A stretch of DNA of 64,000 bases from assembly GCF_009914755.1 (NCBI RefSeq), contig NC_060934.1. One strand, written 5' to 3'. A program made the translations under genes and the position numbers. The notes beneath the pieces are model-generated. The model worked only from the letters and a program-made list of their open reading frames with translations. It was not told where the DNA came from and did not search any database. Numbering within the stretch: the first letter of the stretch is position 1; every line of letters starts with the position of its first letter. The stretch is from the human T2T-CHM13v2.0 reference genome, Homo sapiens. Positions 1-13,929 of this stretch are shown here, piece by piece.

Positions 1-329
1 AAGTTATGTTTATATTTAGAATTGGAGAGAACATGAGTGACGGAAAATTTGAAAAATGCACAATTAACGTGTAATTTTAAAACATGTTTTAATCCTGAAA
101 TCAAATTTAATTTTTAAAAATAATTACCTAGTTGGAAGGCCAGAGGTAAAAATATGTTTGATGTTCGAGAAATTTGATGTCTCAATCTGATCATAAAATG
201 CAGTGAATCCATCTTCTCCTTCTGACCAACTGAAGTAACAGGGACTATATAAAATATCTGATATATAACTTTTCAAACACTGGAAAATAGGCAATGAAGC
301 ATTATGATCTCTGAGAGAAGGGAAACAAA

Positions 330-640
330 ATGAGTCCAACCACTGTAGGAGCTTACAGCTAGGAGGTGCTTACAAGTTTTAGTACAGGAAGGAAAAATGT
401 AAAGAGAGCCCAGAGATCTCACTGAATCGAGGAGGCAGAGACCAGCATATGAGGAAAAGAAGGTAGCTGAAATTCTGGACAGAGAAAAAAACAGGAGGGA
501 GCTGAGAAGGAGAGAGAGAGAGTGAGAGAGAGAGAGATCCAGAAATCTGCAAAGGGGTTCCCTTAAGAATATTGGGCTGCATATTAATTTGCATATGTAT
601 AAGGAGAAATTACATGAGGCTGGGCAGGCAGCACCAAAAG
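330..640 (+). mobile_element. Old L1M 5'UTR fragment containing a (GA)n tract
   Basis: 'gagagatccagaaatctgcaaaggggttcccttaagaatattgggctg...catgaggctggg' resembles old L1M 5' ends; it appears to continue at ~1875. Confidence 0.55.
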
Positions 641-854
641 TAGATACTCCTTTATGTAGATCTTTTCCATCTGACATCTGCCTGAAGAATTTTCCTTTAA
701 CATCTCCTGAAGTCAAAATCTGCTGCCAATGAATTCTTTCAGTTTGCAAATATTTTCTCCCAGGGGATGGATTGTCTTTTCATTTTCTTAGCAGTAAATT
801 GTGAGGATGATACATGTTTAATTTGGAATAAGTTTAATTTAACACATTTTTACA

Positions 855-1182
<328 letters not shown>

Positions 1183-1189
1183 TTGTTTT

Positions 1190-1865
1190 TAACAAATAAA
1201 TCTTTGTTTTAAGAAATCTTTGGGCTGCACAAAACTATGAACATTTCTCCTGATTTCTTCTAATAGTTTTACAGTTTTAGGTCTGATTCAATTCAAGCAT
1301 ATTTTAGGGTATAGAGTGAGAAAAATGTATATTTTTAGCATACAGTTATCTAATTGTTCCAGCATCATTTGCTGAAAAGCTCATTCTTTTTCCCACAAAT
1401 TATCTTGTTCCTTTGTTAAACTTATCATATATGTATGGGTCTGTTTCTGTTTTCTATATTCTGTTCTTTAAACATTTATCAGTTCTTATGTCTGTTCTTA
1501 ACAATATTGATCTATCTTTATTGCTATAGTTTTGTTGCCTTAAAATTGGTCACCATTTCCCCCTTATCGTTATTTTTTAATATCTGCACTATCTGCAGTG
1601 ATGTCTTAACTTTTGTTTCCAATATTGGCAATTTCTATTTTTTTCTTTTTGTTCTTGCAGTCTGCTTAGCTATTCATTGATTTATTGATATAAGTTTAAA
1701 ACCAGCTATTGATTTTTTGTTATTGTTTTTATTTTATTCACTTATTTATTGATCTTTATTGTTACCTTTCTGCAATTTATTTTAGATTTAACTTGCTTAA
1801 ACATAACTTTTCTCATTTTAAATTAGAACGTTGATGTAATAGAATTTTCATACTTCCTAGTAACA
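1190..1865 (-). mobile_element. L1M ORF2 fragments (antisense)
   Basis: T-rich antisense L1 motifs such as 'ccagcatcatttgctgaaaag'. Confidence 0.65.
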
Positions 1866-1874
1866 TTCTTTAAT

Positions 1875-2490
1875 GCAGAAAAATTCCCAGAACCCACAAA
1901 GAAATAGGTTTAGTTTGTGTTCTGACCAACCACAGTGGAAAGTTCGTAACACCTGGAGCATCATTTAGAATTCTCACCCTCGTACTGAGGCTCATTTAGC
2001 CCTGGACTAAAGCATACTCGGGCTTCACTCTAAGAAAGCCTGAAAGCGAGCTAGAAAGGACCCCACTGATTCTGAGTAAACTGCAAGCCCGTATAAAAGT
2101 TAAACGCTAGGTAAAGAACCACAGTGCAATCCAGAACATAAAGCTTACAGTATTCCGGCCTTATTTTAAAAAGTACCAAGGTTAAAAAGAAGTAGGAAAA
2201 TTCGACCCACAACCAAAAGAAAAATTATTAATATAAACAAATTCACAAAGGAAGATTATGGAACTCAAAGAGAAATATGTTAAAACAGCTATTATGAATA
2301 CGTTTTGCATGCTCAAGACGGTAGATGAAAACATGACTATAATGAGAAGAAAAACTGGGTCTATTGCAAAACCAACAGAACTCATAGAGATAAAAGATAC
2401 ACTGTTCAAAATGCAAAGGCAATGAATGAGATTAACAACACATTAAACAATGCAACAATGCAGGAGAAAAATTAATGTACTTCATGACAG
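1875..2490 (+). mobile_element. L1M 5'UTR/ORF1 fragment
   Basis: 'ttagccctggactaaag...aagaagtaggaaaattcgaccc...aaaacagctattat' resembles the old L1 5' region and ORF1. Confidence 0.65.
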
Positions 2491-3170
2491 CTTCACACAA
2501 TTTTTAATACATTGCATTTTTGTTCCATTAACAATATTTTCTAATTTCTTTTATGACATCTTCTTTGACCCAGGGGTTATTTAATTTCCAAATGTTAGGA
2601 CATTTTCTATCTGTTTTTCAATTACTAATATCTACTCTTATTTCCTTGTGGTCAAAAGATATACTTTGTCTTAAACGCTTTTTAATTTACTAAGACTTGC
2701 TCGATGGTCTAGAATACAGTTTAGATTAATGCATATTTCATGTGTAGTGGTAAAAATGTATACTCTGCTGTTTTAGGTAGAATGATTTGTAAATATCAAT
2801 TAGGTCAAGTTGATTGAATATGTTACAGTTTATACAACTGCAATCTTTCTATCTCCTTATTCTATAAATTACTATAGAAGAGTGTTTAATTCTCCAACTA
2901 CAATTGTGCATCTGTTTATTTTTCCTTTCTGGTGTGAGTTTTTGCTTCATTTATTTTGAAGCTCTCTTAATAGTTTAATAAATAATTAGGAATGTTCTTT
3001 TGATAAATTGATCAATTTGTCTAAATGTTCCATTGTATTCATAGTTATAGTCCTTGTTCATGCATATTACTTCTATCTCCTAAAGCCCCACACAATTTTA
3101 TTAATTTTGCCTTAAAGATCTAATTATTTATTAAAGAGCTTCAAAAAATAAGAAAAATACATTTTACATT
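2490..3170 (-). mobile_element. L1M ORF2 endonuclease-region fragment (antisense)
   Basis: 'tttccttgtggtca...aaatatcaattaggtcaagttg...tctccaactacaattgtg'. Confidence 0.7.
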
Positions 3171-3239
3171 TTATAGTACATAAAACGTGTAAAATACATA
3201 AAATTTATGGTAAATAAATGTGTATAAAATACACATTTA

Positions 3240-3600
3240 TAGAAGGTTGAGAGGACAGATAAATATCTGAGGAAATAAGAGCCAAACATTTTTCAAATAT
3301 AATGAAAATTATAAACCTACAGACTTACCAGGCTCAATAAATCTTGAGCATAAGAAACTCCCCTAAATCATGACATGTCATAATCAAATACGAAAATACC
3401 AATGATAAAGAAAAAATCTTAAAAGCAGCCAAAAGAAATACACATATTGAGAGGAACTAAAATAAGAATGACAGCAGATTTCATGTCAAAATTTATTCAA
3501 AATAGGATATAATGAAATGGCTCCTTGAGTTATGAAAAATTGTCACTCTAGGTTTTCTTTAGTAAGAATATCTTTCAAAAATGAAAGACAAAAATGTTAC
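3240..3600 (+). mobile_element. L1M ORF1 fragment
   Basis: 'aaaatcttaaaagcagcca...aagaatgacagcagatttc...atatctttcaaaaatgaa'. Confidence 0.7.
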
Positions 3601-3699
3601 CATACACATTAATAAGATAGGCTTCACAGATCTGCTATCACTTTTTTAAAATAAAAATATTATCAAATAAAAATAAAATATTATCAAATAGATATTTAT

Positions 3700-3748
3700 A
3701 AATCTATCTATCAATAGATATACAGATAGATAGATAGATATAGATATG
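3700..3748. repeat. (GATA)n/(TATC)n simple repeat
   Basis: 'atctatctatcaatagatatacagatagatagatagatatagatatg'. Confidence 0.8.
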
Positions 3749-4261
3749 TGCCAAGACCAGCTTGGTCGGGGAGACCCTAACCCAGTGGCACTAGAGGAAT
3801 TAAAGACACACACACAGAAATATAGAGGTGTGAAGTGGGAAATCAGGGGTCTCACAGCCTTCAGAGCTGAGAGCCTCAAACAGAGATTTACCCACATATT
3901 TATTAACAGCAAGCCAGTCATTAGCATTGTTTCTATAGATATTAGATTAACTAAAAGTATCCCTTATGGGAAACGAAGGGACGGGCCGAAATAAAGGGAT
4001 GGGTTGGGCTAGTTATCTGCAGCAGGAGCATGTCCTTAAGGCACAGATCACTCATGCTATTGTTTGTGGTTTAAGAAAGCCTTTAAGTGGTTTTCCACCC
4101 TGGGTGGGCCAGGTGTTCCTTGCCCTCATTCCAGTAAACCCACAACCTTCCAGTGTGGGCGTTATGGCCGTCATGAACCTGTCACAGAGCTGCAGAGATT
4201 TTGTTTATGGCCAGTTTTGGGGCCAGTTTTTGGACAAATTTTGGGGGGCCTGTTCCCAACA
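3749..4261 (-). mobile_element. MER9 solo LTR (HERV-K9/HML-3)
   Basis: 513 bp, TG...CA ends; reverse complement starts TGTTGGGAACAGGCCCCCCAAAA as in MER9; 6 bp TSD GATATG at 3743-3748 and 4262-4267. Confidence 0.93.
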
Positions 4262-6033
4262 GATATGAATCAGTTTTTTCCTGCAGCTGTTTAGTAAACA
4301 ATTGTTCCATAGCATTAGCAATATACTTAATCCCTATTGGCAAGTACTAAGACAAGATTGAGGTCATAAAATATATACAAATATCTCACCTCTTCTGCAA
4401 TTCCATCTTTGATTCTTTATATTGTTATTTAAATCCTTGTGCCTAGTTTCCTTAATTTCCTTTTTAGCAAAGGCATCACTACAATCACCTGCAGTTGCTG
4501 ACTTCACCTTGATTTCCCTCTAAAGACTGTAAGCTTTGTGCCCCACTGTTTATCCACCTCCTTCACTGTGTTCTTCTGTCTGTGCCTCTTCAAAAGTTCA
4601 GGGATCTGGAGGACTACAATGATGGAGAAGACACTCTCTTTCTGCCTTCCAGCTACCTAGAACCCGATATTCCCTGTCAGAACTGCACTGAACCTGTTTC
4701 CACAACCTGAACAGATCTCTTCCCTAGGTTTGTCTGCTTGGGGTCAGAATACCTCAGTGTACACACTCCGAGGACCAAGAGATATTTAGAGTAAGGGTCT
4801 TTGTAGGAATGTGGAAATGACTCCATGAGTTGCAGGATGGAATGGTGGCTAGGATTCAGGTGGTCTGCATTGGCCATTAAATTCTGATAAGAAAGTCTGG
4901 GTATTATGTGGAATCCTGGCTTCCTGAATTCTTTGGAGGGAATATTTTTCAAGATAAGGGGATAATCCTTATTTCCATTAGTCTGATGTATAACTTTAAA
5001 TACTTACACATACAGTTTGTGGGCCTCCATTTGTACGCTTGTTTTGAATGCCTCAAATGCTAGGGATAGGCCTGATGGAGAATGTGTCACATTCAGTCAT
5101 CAGTAATGTTTAGCTTGGTGTTTATTGCACTATTAATGTTAAATATTTGCTGAATAAATGAAACAACTAATAAATAATATAGCTTTAAGACTGTCTCCCT
5201 GAAAGAGTTTGCAACCTAAGGAGAATGATAACATGTGGGTTGTGGAATTCAATTACAATGCATACTATAATACATGCTGTATGAAAGATGTTAAGTCCTT
5301 TCTGAAATTGAGGTCATTTAGCCAGTATTATCAGGATTCCCTTTTAATTATTTTTTAAAATATATTACTGAATATTTTATCTTTAAGTAGTGAAATCTTA
5401 AAAGTATTTTACATGGAAATTTAATTTAAATTCTAGGGAATTAGGTTTTACTGCCTTCTTAAATGCAGACTAACACTGTACACATATATTGTAACCTTTT
5501 CTTCAGAAATAGATTCCTCTTTAGTAACAGTCTTCATTGCTTTGTGAGTTGTATTTGGGTAATCTGAGCAGTTTTTGAGTTCTCCATAATTTACTTTGCT
5601 GACATAAATAATATCTTTTCTTGGATGCTGCTTCTAATTTTCTGTGACTGAGGAAGGCCAATAATAATTCTTCAACGATTAAAACAGAAAGGAGACAGTG
5701 GAGGAAACTTAGTCTAATCTCCCCAGCTTTTTAAAAAGCATCTGGGGACTAGCAGTGCTTGTGAATACCTACAGGTGTGTTTGTTTCCTGTTAGGATTCA
5801 GGCTCTCACCACAGATAGGGTTGGCAGAAAACTAAACCCTAGATGAATAGGATTTTGGCATATAACAGTGAAATTAATTTCAGGTAGGAAATGGATCTAA
5901 GTACTCTGCATTCTCACCCAAGAGCATCTAATATTTTAAATCAAAACCAAATCCAAAGTAAAAACAAAAACACAAAAAGCTAAGAATAATTCAGAGGTGT
6001 GTGTTTTAGAACATATCACATTCATGGAAACAT

Positions 6034-6952
6034 TGAGTCACGGTAAGGCCAACAGATAAGAAGACGATTGCCATCAGAAGGTTTATTACTCACAGTTCCT
6101 AAGAGGAGAGAACATGCCACACCATGGGGGGCCACCTGGGGGAGCACCAGGGTGGGTCAGGAGGCAGAGGGAGCGGGGATGCTGCAGACAAGAACCTTTA
6201 TTGTGTTTTCAGTGGGAAGAATCAGGTGAGGCAAGGTGAGCAGGTTCAGATTTGCTGGTTTGTTCTCCCAGGGTATAGGAGCAGTCCCTGGTTGTCTAGT
6301 GTCTGACCTGGAGGGAATAGAGCAAGGGATGGTGGTCTAGAGTGCAAGAGTCTAACAAAGGCAGTGGTTGGGGTATGGGCTCTGGTTGCTTGATATGTAA
6401 AGCACACCTGGGAGAAGGAGGCCACTTGTCCAGGGAGGGAGTTGCAGGGGGAGTGACAGGGGAGCAGTAGGACGAGGCAAAGTGGTATGGTTTGGTTCTG
6501 TGTTCCCACCTATGTCTCACCTTGAATTGTAATAATCCCCATGTGTCAAGGGCAGGGCCAGGTGGAGATAATTGAATCATGGGGGTGGTTTCCCCCATAC
6601 TGTTCTTGTGGTAATGATTAAGTGTCATGAGATCTGATGGTTTTAAAAGTAAGAGTCCCTCTGCACAAGCATTCTCTTGCCTGCCACCATGTAAAACGTG
6701 CCTTTGCTCCTCATTTGCTTTCTGCCATGATTGTGAGGCCTCCCCAGCCATGTGGAACGTCAGTGCGCTAAACTTCTTTCCTTTATAAATTACCCAGTCT
6801 TAGGTATATCTTTAATAACAGCATAAGAACACACTAATACACAAAGTGACACAGGTATACATTGTGGCATTGTCTGGAGCAAAATGTGTCCAGCACATGT
6901 AGGGCACATGTTGAAGCATCAAGTTTCCGGGAGCTAGAAACATGGTTAATAC
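6034..6952. mobile_element. ERVL-class solo LTR (MER76-like), split by a THE1 insertion
   Basis: 'gtcacggtaaggccaacagat...ttactcacagttcc...ggagcaccaggg' and terminal 'aaacatggttaatac'. Confidence 0.6.
6483..6841 (+). mobile_element. THE1 (MaLR) solo LTR
   Basis: 'tggtatggtttgg...gaggcctccccagccatgtggaac...actaataca'; 5 bp TSD CAAAG at 6478-6482 and 6842-6846. Confidence 0.93.
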
Positions 6953-9570
6953 CGCATAGAAGAACATCTTGGGCTTGTGATGAGATTTGAAATGTGAAGG
7001 ATGTGGAGGAAATGTTTTCATTGATCTATCTGGGATGACACCAAGAGCTTTTCCCACAGAGTTTACAACTAATTCAGAATCTGTCAGTTTAAGAGCAGAG
7101 TATTGAAATTTTTCTTTCTAAGATGTATTGTAGCTCATACACATCCAGGGTGAGTTGTCTTTTCTTAAATTTTTATCTTTCTTGCAAGTATGTTTTGTAG
7201 TTCTCACTATTTATCCCTACAATAACCAAATTAAAGACATTTTGATGTTACCTTCAAAATGTCTTTCTTTTGTTCTTAATCCTTGATAGATTTATTTAAT
7301 AGACTCAAATAGCTAATTATTCATAATTCTATTTTATTTTTACCCTATACTTCCTTGTGCTTTGGTCAAGTGCAAATATAATATTCAATTTCCATTAGTA
7401 TTTCGTTTTCAGATTGTCTTAGGGAATTTTGTAAGAAAAGATAGAAATCCCTAATTATTGAGACATCAGACATGCATCAATTTTAATGTATTATTTCATA
7501 TTTGGACAAAAGGACTGTCTTTTATCTATGAAGGTATTAGATAATTTTGTAGTGTTCTCAAAATTTGAAAAATGATTATTTTAAAATTGTACTGTATTAT
7601 TATTTTATTTGTAAAAAGACAGAATTAAGATAAATTATACATTTTTGTGAGCAAGAAACCCTTATATGCAACAAAGAGGTGAATAGGTATATTCCTAAAA
7701 TATACTTAGTAAAACCATGCTTATGATATCTGGAATATAGAAAACTTGAAAAGTCCACCTAATTATCTCAATAAAACATGTAAAATATTTAAATACCTAA
7801 ATAAATGTTTTCCACAATTATGAGAGACTAATTTCAATTCATAATTTTATTATTAAATGTCTTTACAGAGTGTGCTAGACATTGGTGAATTTCAAAGAAC
7901 AAAAATAACAAAAATCCAACAATATAATCAGGAACATTTCATAGATTTTACCCAATAAAATGTTTAAAAGTTAAAATGTTTTTATAACATTTTAATGTTT
8001 GAGATAGAGTTTCTATGTGGACAGAAATGAGCATCCTGAAAGAAAACAGAAATGTAGTACAGTTGTTTTTAAAAATGGCATCATTAGAGGGCACTATTGA
8101 ATGCCTTGTAGGAATTGCAAACTTGAACATATAGCCAAGACCAAAAATTTTATGGCATAAAACTGTATCTTTAGCTATTCTTGATGACATAATATAAATA
8201 GATTTAGAAATTATAAACTTTTGTCATCAAACTAGAAAAGGAAAGAAGGAAGAGAGGGAAGGAGGGAAGGAGGAAAGTGTATGGGATGAATCACATTAAC
8301 TTTAAAGTTGAGAAGCAGGAAAGGGAACAATAGAGGCCTTAATTTGAAAGCATAAAATTTAGGATTATCAAAATGCTGAAGGAACTGAACTAAAGCTAGA
8401 AGGAGAAAAAGCCAAAGGCACTTTATCTTTAATTTTAGATTATCAGTATTGTTTAAGTTAGATTTGGAATGTTTAAACCTTGATGAAACAACATCAAACG
8501 ATCACATGAATGCCCAGATGCAGCATAGTCTTGTAAAGAAAACACCATAATATTCTTTAAAAAGTTTTGATTTACTTATTCAGTCAGGCAGCATTTATGT
8601 ATTTACTTAGAACTACGCTGGGTACTGAGAAATTGTAAATTAAAGAGCTCTTGGTTCCAGTGTTTAAGACATATAGAGCCTTTTTGTTTGTTTGCTTGCT
8701 TTAGAGTATTAACTAAAACAACTATATAAAAGTATTATGATAGCCATTATAATTTTCTCTAGTGACTAAATACTTTGATAAAGAGTATAATCTTTAAAAC
8801 TCTATAAGGTGATATTGTTAAGTAGAACTAGAAACTAGAAAGCTCCTGCAGGTATTTAGACAAATCACTACTTTATTTCTTCATACGAAAATCACGTAAC
8901 TATAATCATTCATGGACATATTGAAAAAAATCTATAAAACAATGGAGATCATTAAGTACAGTTTTAGATAAAGCAAAAATGTGAATATTTCAGTATTTCT
9001 GTCACAGAGACATTCTGTACATGATACACCTTAAAAAATAACTTATGGACAAGTATTTCACTTCCTGATCTATCATGTATTTCTTGTGTAGGAATGGGCA
9101 TAATTCTCAATATCCAAGTATTTTACATGCATATGCATTCTGATGTGCACTTTCCATGGATTGACGGTTTTTGTGTTTTGTTTTGCTTCCCCTACCCACC
9201 ATCCTTTTGAGTTCTTCTGTTTTCATAAGTGTTAACTTTCTACTCCTCATTCTTTTATTTGCTTGGTTAGGTAAATTATTAAACTTTTGCCAGTGCCTAG
9301 TGAGGAGAATCTGTTGAACATATTTAGCTTAATTTTATCTATGGCAATAGCATAGATTTCATTTTTGCAGCTTAATAAATAATGTGAATTATAGGAATCT
9401 TCCTTTACACATACTGGATGCAACTACTGCTCTATAGGCACTTTTATGGGATCATTTGATTATGTCTCCTCAACAGGTCATGTTGCTATTCCAAAATTAA
9501 GTGGGGAGACTATGGGAGAGATTATGACGGAAGGTTCTTTTTTTCTTATGTTCAGAAAAATTGATTTTCC

Positions 9571-9933
9571 TTCTCTCTAACTGTATTTTTGTACCCATTA
9601 GTGATCCCCTCTTTATCACCCCCTTACCATCACCCTTCCCAGCCTCTGGCAACCATCATCCTACTCTCTATCTCCATCAGTTCAATTTTAATGATCTCAT
9701 ATTTGGTAGCACAATAGGGTGAATATAGTTAACAATAATGTGTTGAAGATTTTAAAATAACTAAAAGAGTGAAATTTGAATGTTCAAAACACAAAGAAAT
9801 GATAAGTGCTTGAGGTGAATATCTCAGCTACCCTGATTTGATCACTATACATGGTATGCTTGTATCAAAATATCACATATGCCCCATAAATATGCTAACT
9901 ATTATGTATCCATAATAATAAAAAAAAAGAAAT
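9571..9933 (+). mobile_element. L1MA 3'-end insertion with 5' inversion (twin priming)
   Basis: 9571-9690 is antisense L1MA 3'UTR; ~9693-9933 is its sense continuation with A tail; ~15 bp TSD aaaa(a/c)ttgattttcc at 9556-9570 and 9934-9948. Confidence 0.85.
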
Positions 9934-10085
9934 AAAACTTGATTTTCCAGTCAGATTGTTAGAAAGAACATAAATAGCCACAAAGTCTTTGTGGAAATAA
10001 TGACAGCATATACCTGTACTGAAAATGTGTATTTTAAGAAAATACGCACATATTGGACTCAGGATAGACCTGCAGTGTAGTTTGG

Positions 10086-10429
10086 TGTATTAGTCTGTTC
10101 TCATGCTGCTAATAAAGCCATACCTGAGGCTGGGTAATTTATAAAGGAAAGAGGTTTAATGAACTCACAGTTCCATGTGGTTGAGGAGGCCTCACAATCA
10201 TGGCAGAGGGCGAAGGAGGAGAAAAGTCACGTCTTACATGGTGGCAGGCATTAGATCGTGTGCAGGGGAACTGCCCTTTATAAAACCATCAGATCTTGTG
10301 TGATTTATTCACTATCATGAGAACAGTGTGGGGGAAACCATCCCCTTGATTCAATTATCTCCACCTGGCCCCACACTTGACATGTGGGGATTATTACAAT
10401 TCAGGGTGAGATTTGGGTGGGGACACAGC
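10086..10429 (-). mobile_element. THE1 (MaLR) solo LTR lacking ~13 terminal bases
   Basis: 'tgtattagtctgttctcatgctgct...gagatttgggtggggacacagc'; the expected 'caaaccatatca' is absent. Confidence 0.92.
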
Positions 10430-13159
10430 TCTACCCTGAATTAACTGCATGGTCTAGAAACATTTGCTTGTGGTGCCCGAGACTGTTACATTATGGCATG
10501 ATAGGATATGATCTCTGAGGCCCCTTGTAAACATTTTCTCTGCTTCCAAACACTTTTTGCACAATGGAAGATACAGTAGCCAAGATGTAAGAGCCCAGAA
10601 GGTCCATGTCTTAAATCAAGTAGCCACCATCAATTTAATTAACATTTATAAAGTGTTAATCATATGTCAGGAGTACTAACCTTTTACACTCACTGAGAGA
10701 ATTGGGTAGAAAACTATTTCTGTGTGTGTGCGTGTGTGTGTGTGTATCTGAAAGTGTATAAATATAATTTTTAACTGATTTTCTTTTTGGATAGTAGGAT
10801 TAAGGGTTATTTTTACTTTATTTGTACATTTTCTATATATTTTAGCTTCTCTACATTAAGCATATTTATCTTTATAATAAGAAAAACAACTTTTTAATAT
10901 TTAAAAATAGACCATCAACGTAATTTCTTTCAGTAACATTAAGGTCATTAAAATAAAGTAAGTAAAGGACACACTGTCCAAAACAGAAATTTTGGTTTTG
11001 ATTTAAAATTTTGGTTTCTATTAAGCCCTGAGATTTTAGGTCCAACTAATTTACGTGATTGGTATAACTGCTTTGGTAATGAGGGTTCTGGATTTTTAAG
11101 TTAAAGATGGTTCAAAGGTTAATTACTTCTTTATGTGTGTTGTCAATGGATAATTACTTTTCTTCTAAAGAAAGTCCTTAAGGCCAAAAGTCAGCCTTTA
11201 TTTCTGCAGTGAATATGATTTTTTGTTATATAAGATCTGTAGAAAATAAGGTTAGTAAAGACTTATTTAATGAAGGTGTTTTTAAGCAAATGGATTACAG
11301 TTTCATTCACAGACAAGGCTACCTTGTTAGCATTTGATTAAATGCTTCAATAATCTTTCCATGGTAATGTTTTTCAAAGGAGGTAACTACTAATAGCAGC
11401 TGCACATTTATTGTTAATGTGTTGTTAAATTGATATAGAAAAGCAATATTGATGTAATAACTCTTATTCGTGCATTCTCTCTCAACAGTACATTTATAAT
11501 AAATTAAGCTAGTTGACATTCAAAAAGCAAATAATCTAATATTAATTGTGAATTCTTTAATATGCCAAAACCAATTTTTGTTTAATTTTAAATAACATTT
11601 TCAATGTTTAATTCAAAATTACTTAAATTTTACCTTCCCACAAAAATGTTTATATTTATTCTCCTTATAAAAAATGTTAAATTCTCTAGTCTAGCTTTTT
11701 AAATGAGTACAATTAAAGCCTTCATCAGAAGAAATGAAATTTGCATAAACATACATGCCTTAATAGCCTTTAGTACTGAAACAGAAATTACTCTTTGTCT
11801 TGATGTACTGATAACTTGTAGCACAATTATTACATTGCTCTAATGTCCTTATAACTAGATGTTTGTTATTCATCTTTTGTTCAAGTTCATTTTGTTTGTG
11901 AACAATGCATTTTAGCACTATCCAATAATTTATTTCAAATTTGTGTTAATTATAGGAATTTAATTCTTACATACTTACTAATCTCCACAAAGTGGAACAG
12001 TAAATTTATTCAAATTAATGTGACTTAAAGTAAGCCTACTTAAATCTGCTAGAAACAAGTGTATAGATTTTTTTCAGTGTACATGCAATATTAACTTATT
12101 GATTTTATATAATCCTTATTGGATTCTATGTCCCTGGAATTGTGGTGAAGAAGAATAAGACATACTGAAAAGTACAGTGCTTGGTTATTTAAACAGAGAA
12201 TCAATCTCTCTTTCTCTTTACATAGCCACAATTATAAAGAATTGCTTATTCTTGCTTATGAAAAAGCAATGAAGCTCACCATCCCTCTGACAAAATTGTC
12301 TCTGAAAATTAGTACCACGTATCCTTTAGTCATAGGAATAAGAGACACTGGACTATGAATTTTGTTTAAAAACAACCAATCTTCTATGCACCTCTTACTT
12401 AGTTTTACATAAATAACTCACTCAACCATTGAACTTGGTGGACTGTTACTAAGCAGAAAGTGTCAAGAACATATTGGAAATACACAGACAAGCAAATAGT
12501 GTCAGTCTTACACTTTATTTTTAAAATCTCCCACTTATCTCTAGACAATTGACAGAACAATTAAAACTTGTTATAAGGCCTCAAGATGTACGTATGCTTG
12601 TTCTTCTGATAGGATAAGAGTATCTGTGAGGTTACATTTTTCTCTGCAATAGGTCAAAACAATAACAATGACATAACACAGACAAAAATGTAAAGATACA
12701 TTTACAGAAAAGGACACGTGTTTGCTTTGTTAAGAATTCAGGAATATGCTAAATTCTCATCAAAAGAAGCACTGATCTACATGAAGACAGTGTTTTTAGT
12801 GTGCGTCTTTGTATGAGAAAATGTGCAAGATATGGTAGGTGGAAGGATGTTCTACAAAACAACGTAGAATAAATCCACTCTGATTTTACAACAAACTTGT
12901 TACTTCTGCAGCTATTGACACTATCCCTTCTAAATGGTAGTGCAAATATAAAAATGAAAATTAGAAAAATCAAATAAGGGTCAAATTGTTTAATTATTTA
13001 TCAGTGGGGCATGGAATTTCCTGAGGGAACTTCCAGATTTTTGCAAATATTAAGAATTTCATTACACAAGTAAGATTTTTTGGGTTATAACCGCTGTAAA
13101 ATATGTAGATGAAACTACCATATAAGCAGACATTTATGCTGTTTTCATTTTATCTACTA

Positions 13160-13490
13160 TTATATATAATGCTACGATAAATATCTTTCTTTGTGCCTCC
13201 TTGCACACATGTATGAGTGTTTTTCTAGAATATATATCCTAAATTCCATCTTTAGGTCACAATATATATGTATTTGAAATTTTACATTATTCTGTCAAAT
13301 TACCAATCAAAATAACCACAATTATTTCTTTTTACAGGCTGTCTATGAAAATTCTCATGTCCCTACTATCGTTACCAATACAAACTATTATTAGTAAGCT
13401 TTAAAATTTTGCTAATTTGATATGTGAAAAAAATGGTATATGATTTTGCTTTTCTCTTTTGATAATTCATAATTGTGACCTACTTTGAAA
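13160..13490 (-). mobile_element. Old L1M fragment (antisense)
   Basis: 'ttgcacacatgtatgagtgtttttctagaatatatatcctaa...aatttttgctaatttgat'. Confidence 0.55.
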
Positions 13491-13929
13491 ATGATGAGTA
13501 TGTATTATTTTGGAATCATCAAAAATTATAATAATTAAATGACTGCCATTGACTGTGACAAATTAGGCAAATTTTATTTTTTTAATTCTAATAATGGTTT
13601 TACTATTTTAGATAACTTAATGGTTTAGTCTTTTATCTCATGAAATCAGATTCTTGACTATCTACAATGGTCTTTAAACGCATCCTGATTGAGCAAAATT
13701 AGATGTCTGACATTGACTTCTGGGTTTGGAGAATTGTTTCAGGATGCCTCAAAGCTCTTTAATATTTTAGAATTTCTCTATAAATTTATCAAAGGCCAGA
13801 GTTTAAAATAAACTAATAAACTAACTCATCTGTTTCCCCCAACAAAAAGGCAAACCGTAAATCTGAGATCTGTATATCAGAGTGCTTCAGTTGGCTTCAG
13901 AGTAGGTGTTCAGAGAAAATTTAGCATCA

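Noticed and set aside
273-749. 158 aa ORF on the minus strand
   Set aside because: Reads through L1 relic sequence and a (GA)n tract (LSLS runs); no protein similarity recognised
6296-6751. 151 aa ORF on the minus strand
   Set aside because: Antisense frame of the THE1 LTR and the flanking LTR; typical repeat-derived spurious ORF
11300-11520. 66 aa minus-strand ORF ending near AAG|GTAG
   Set aside because: Weak donor, no clear acceptor, no recognisable protein
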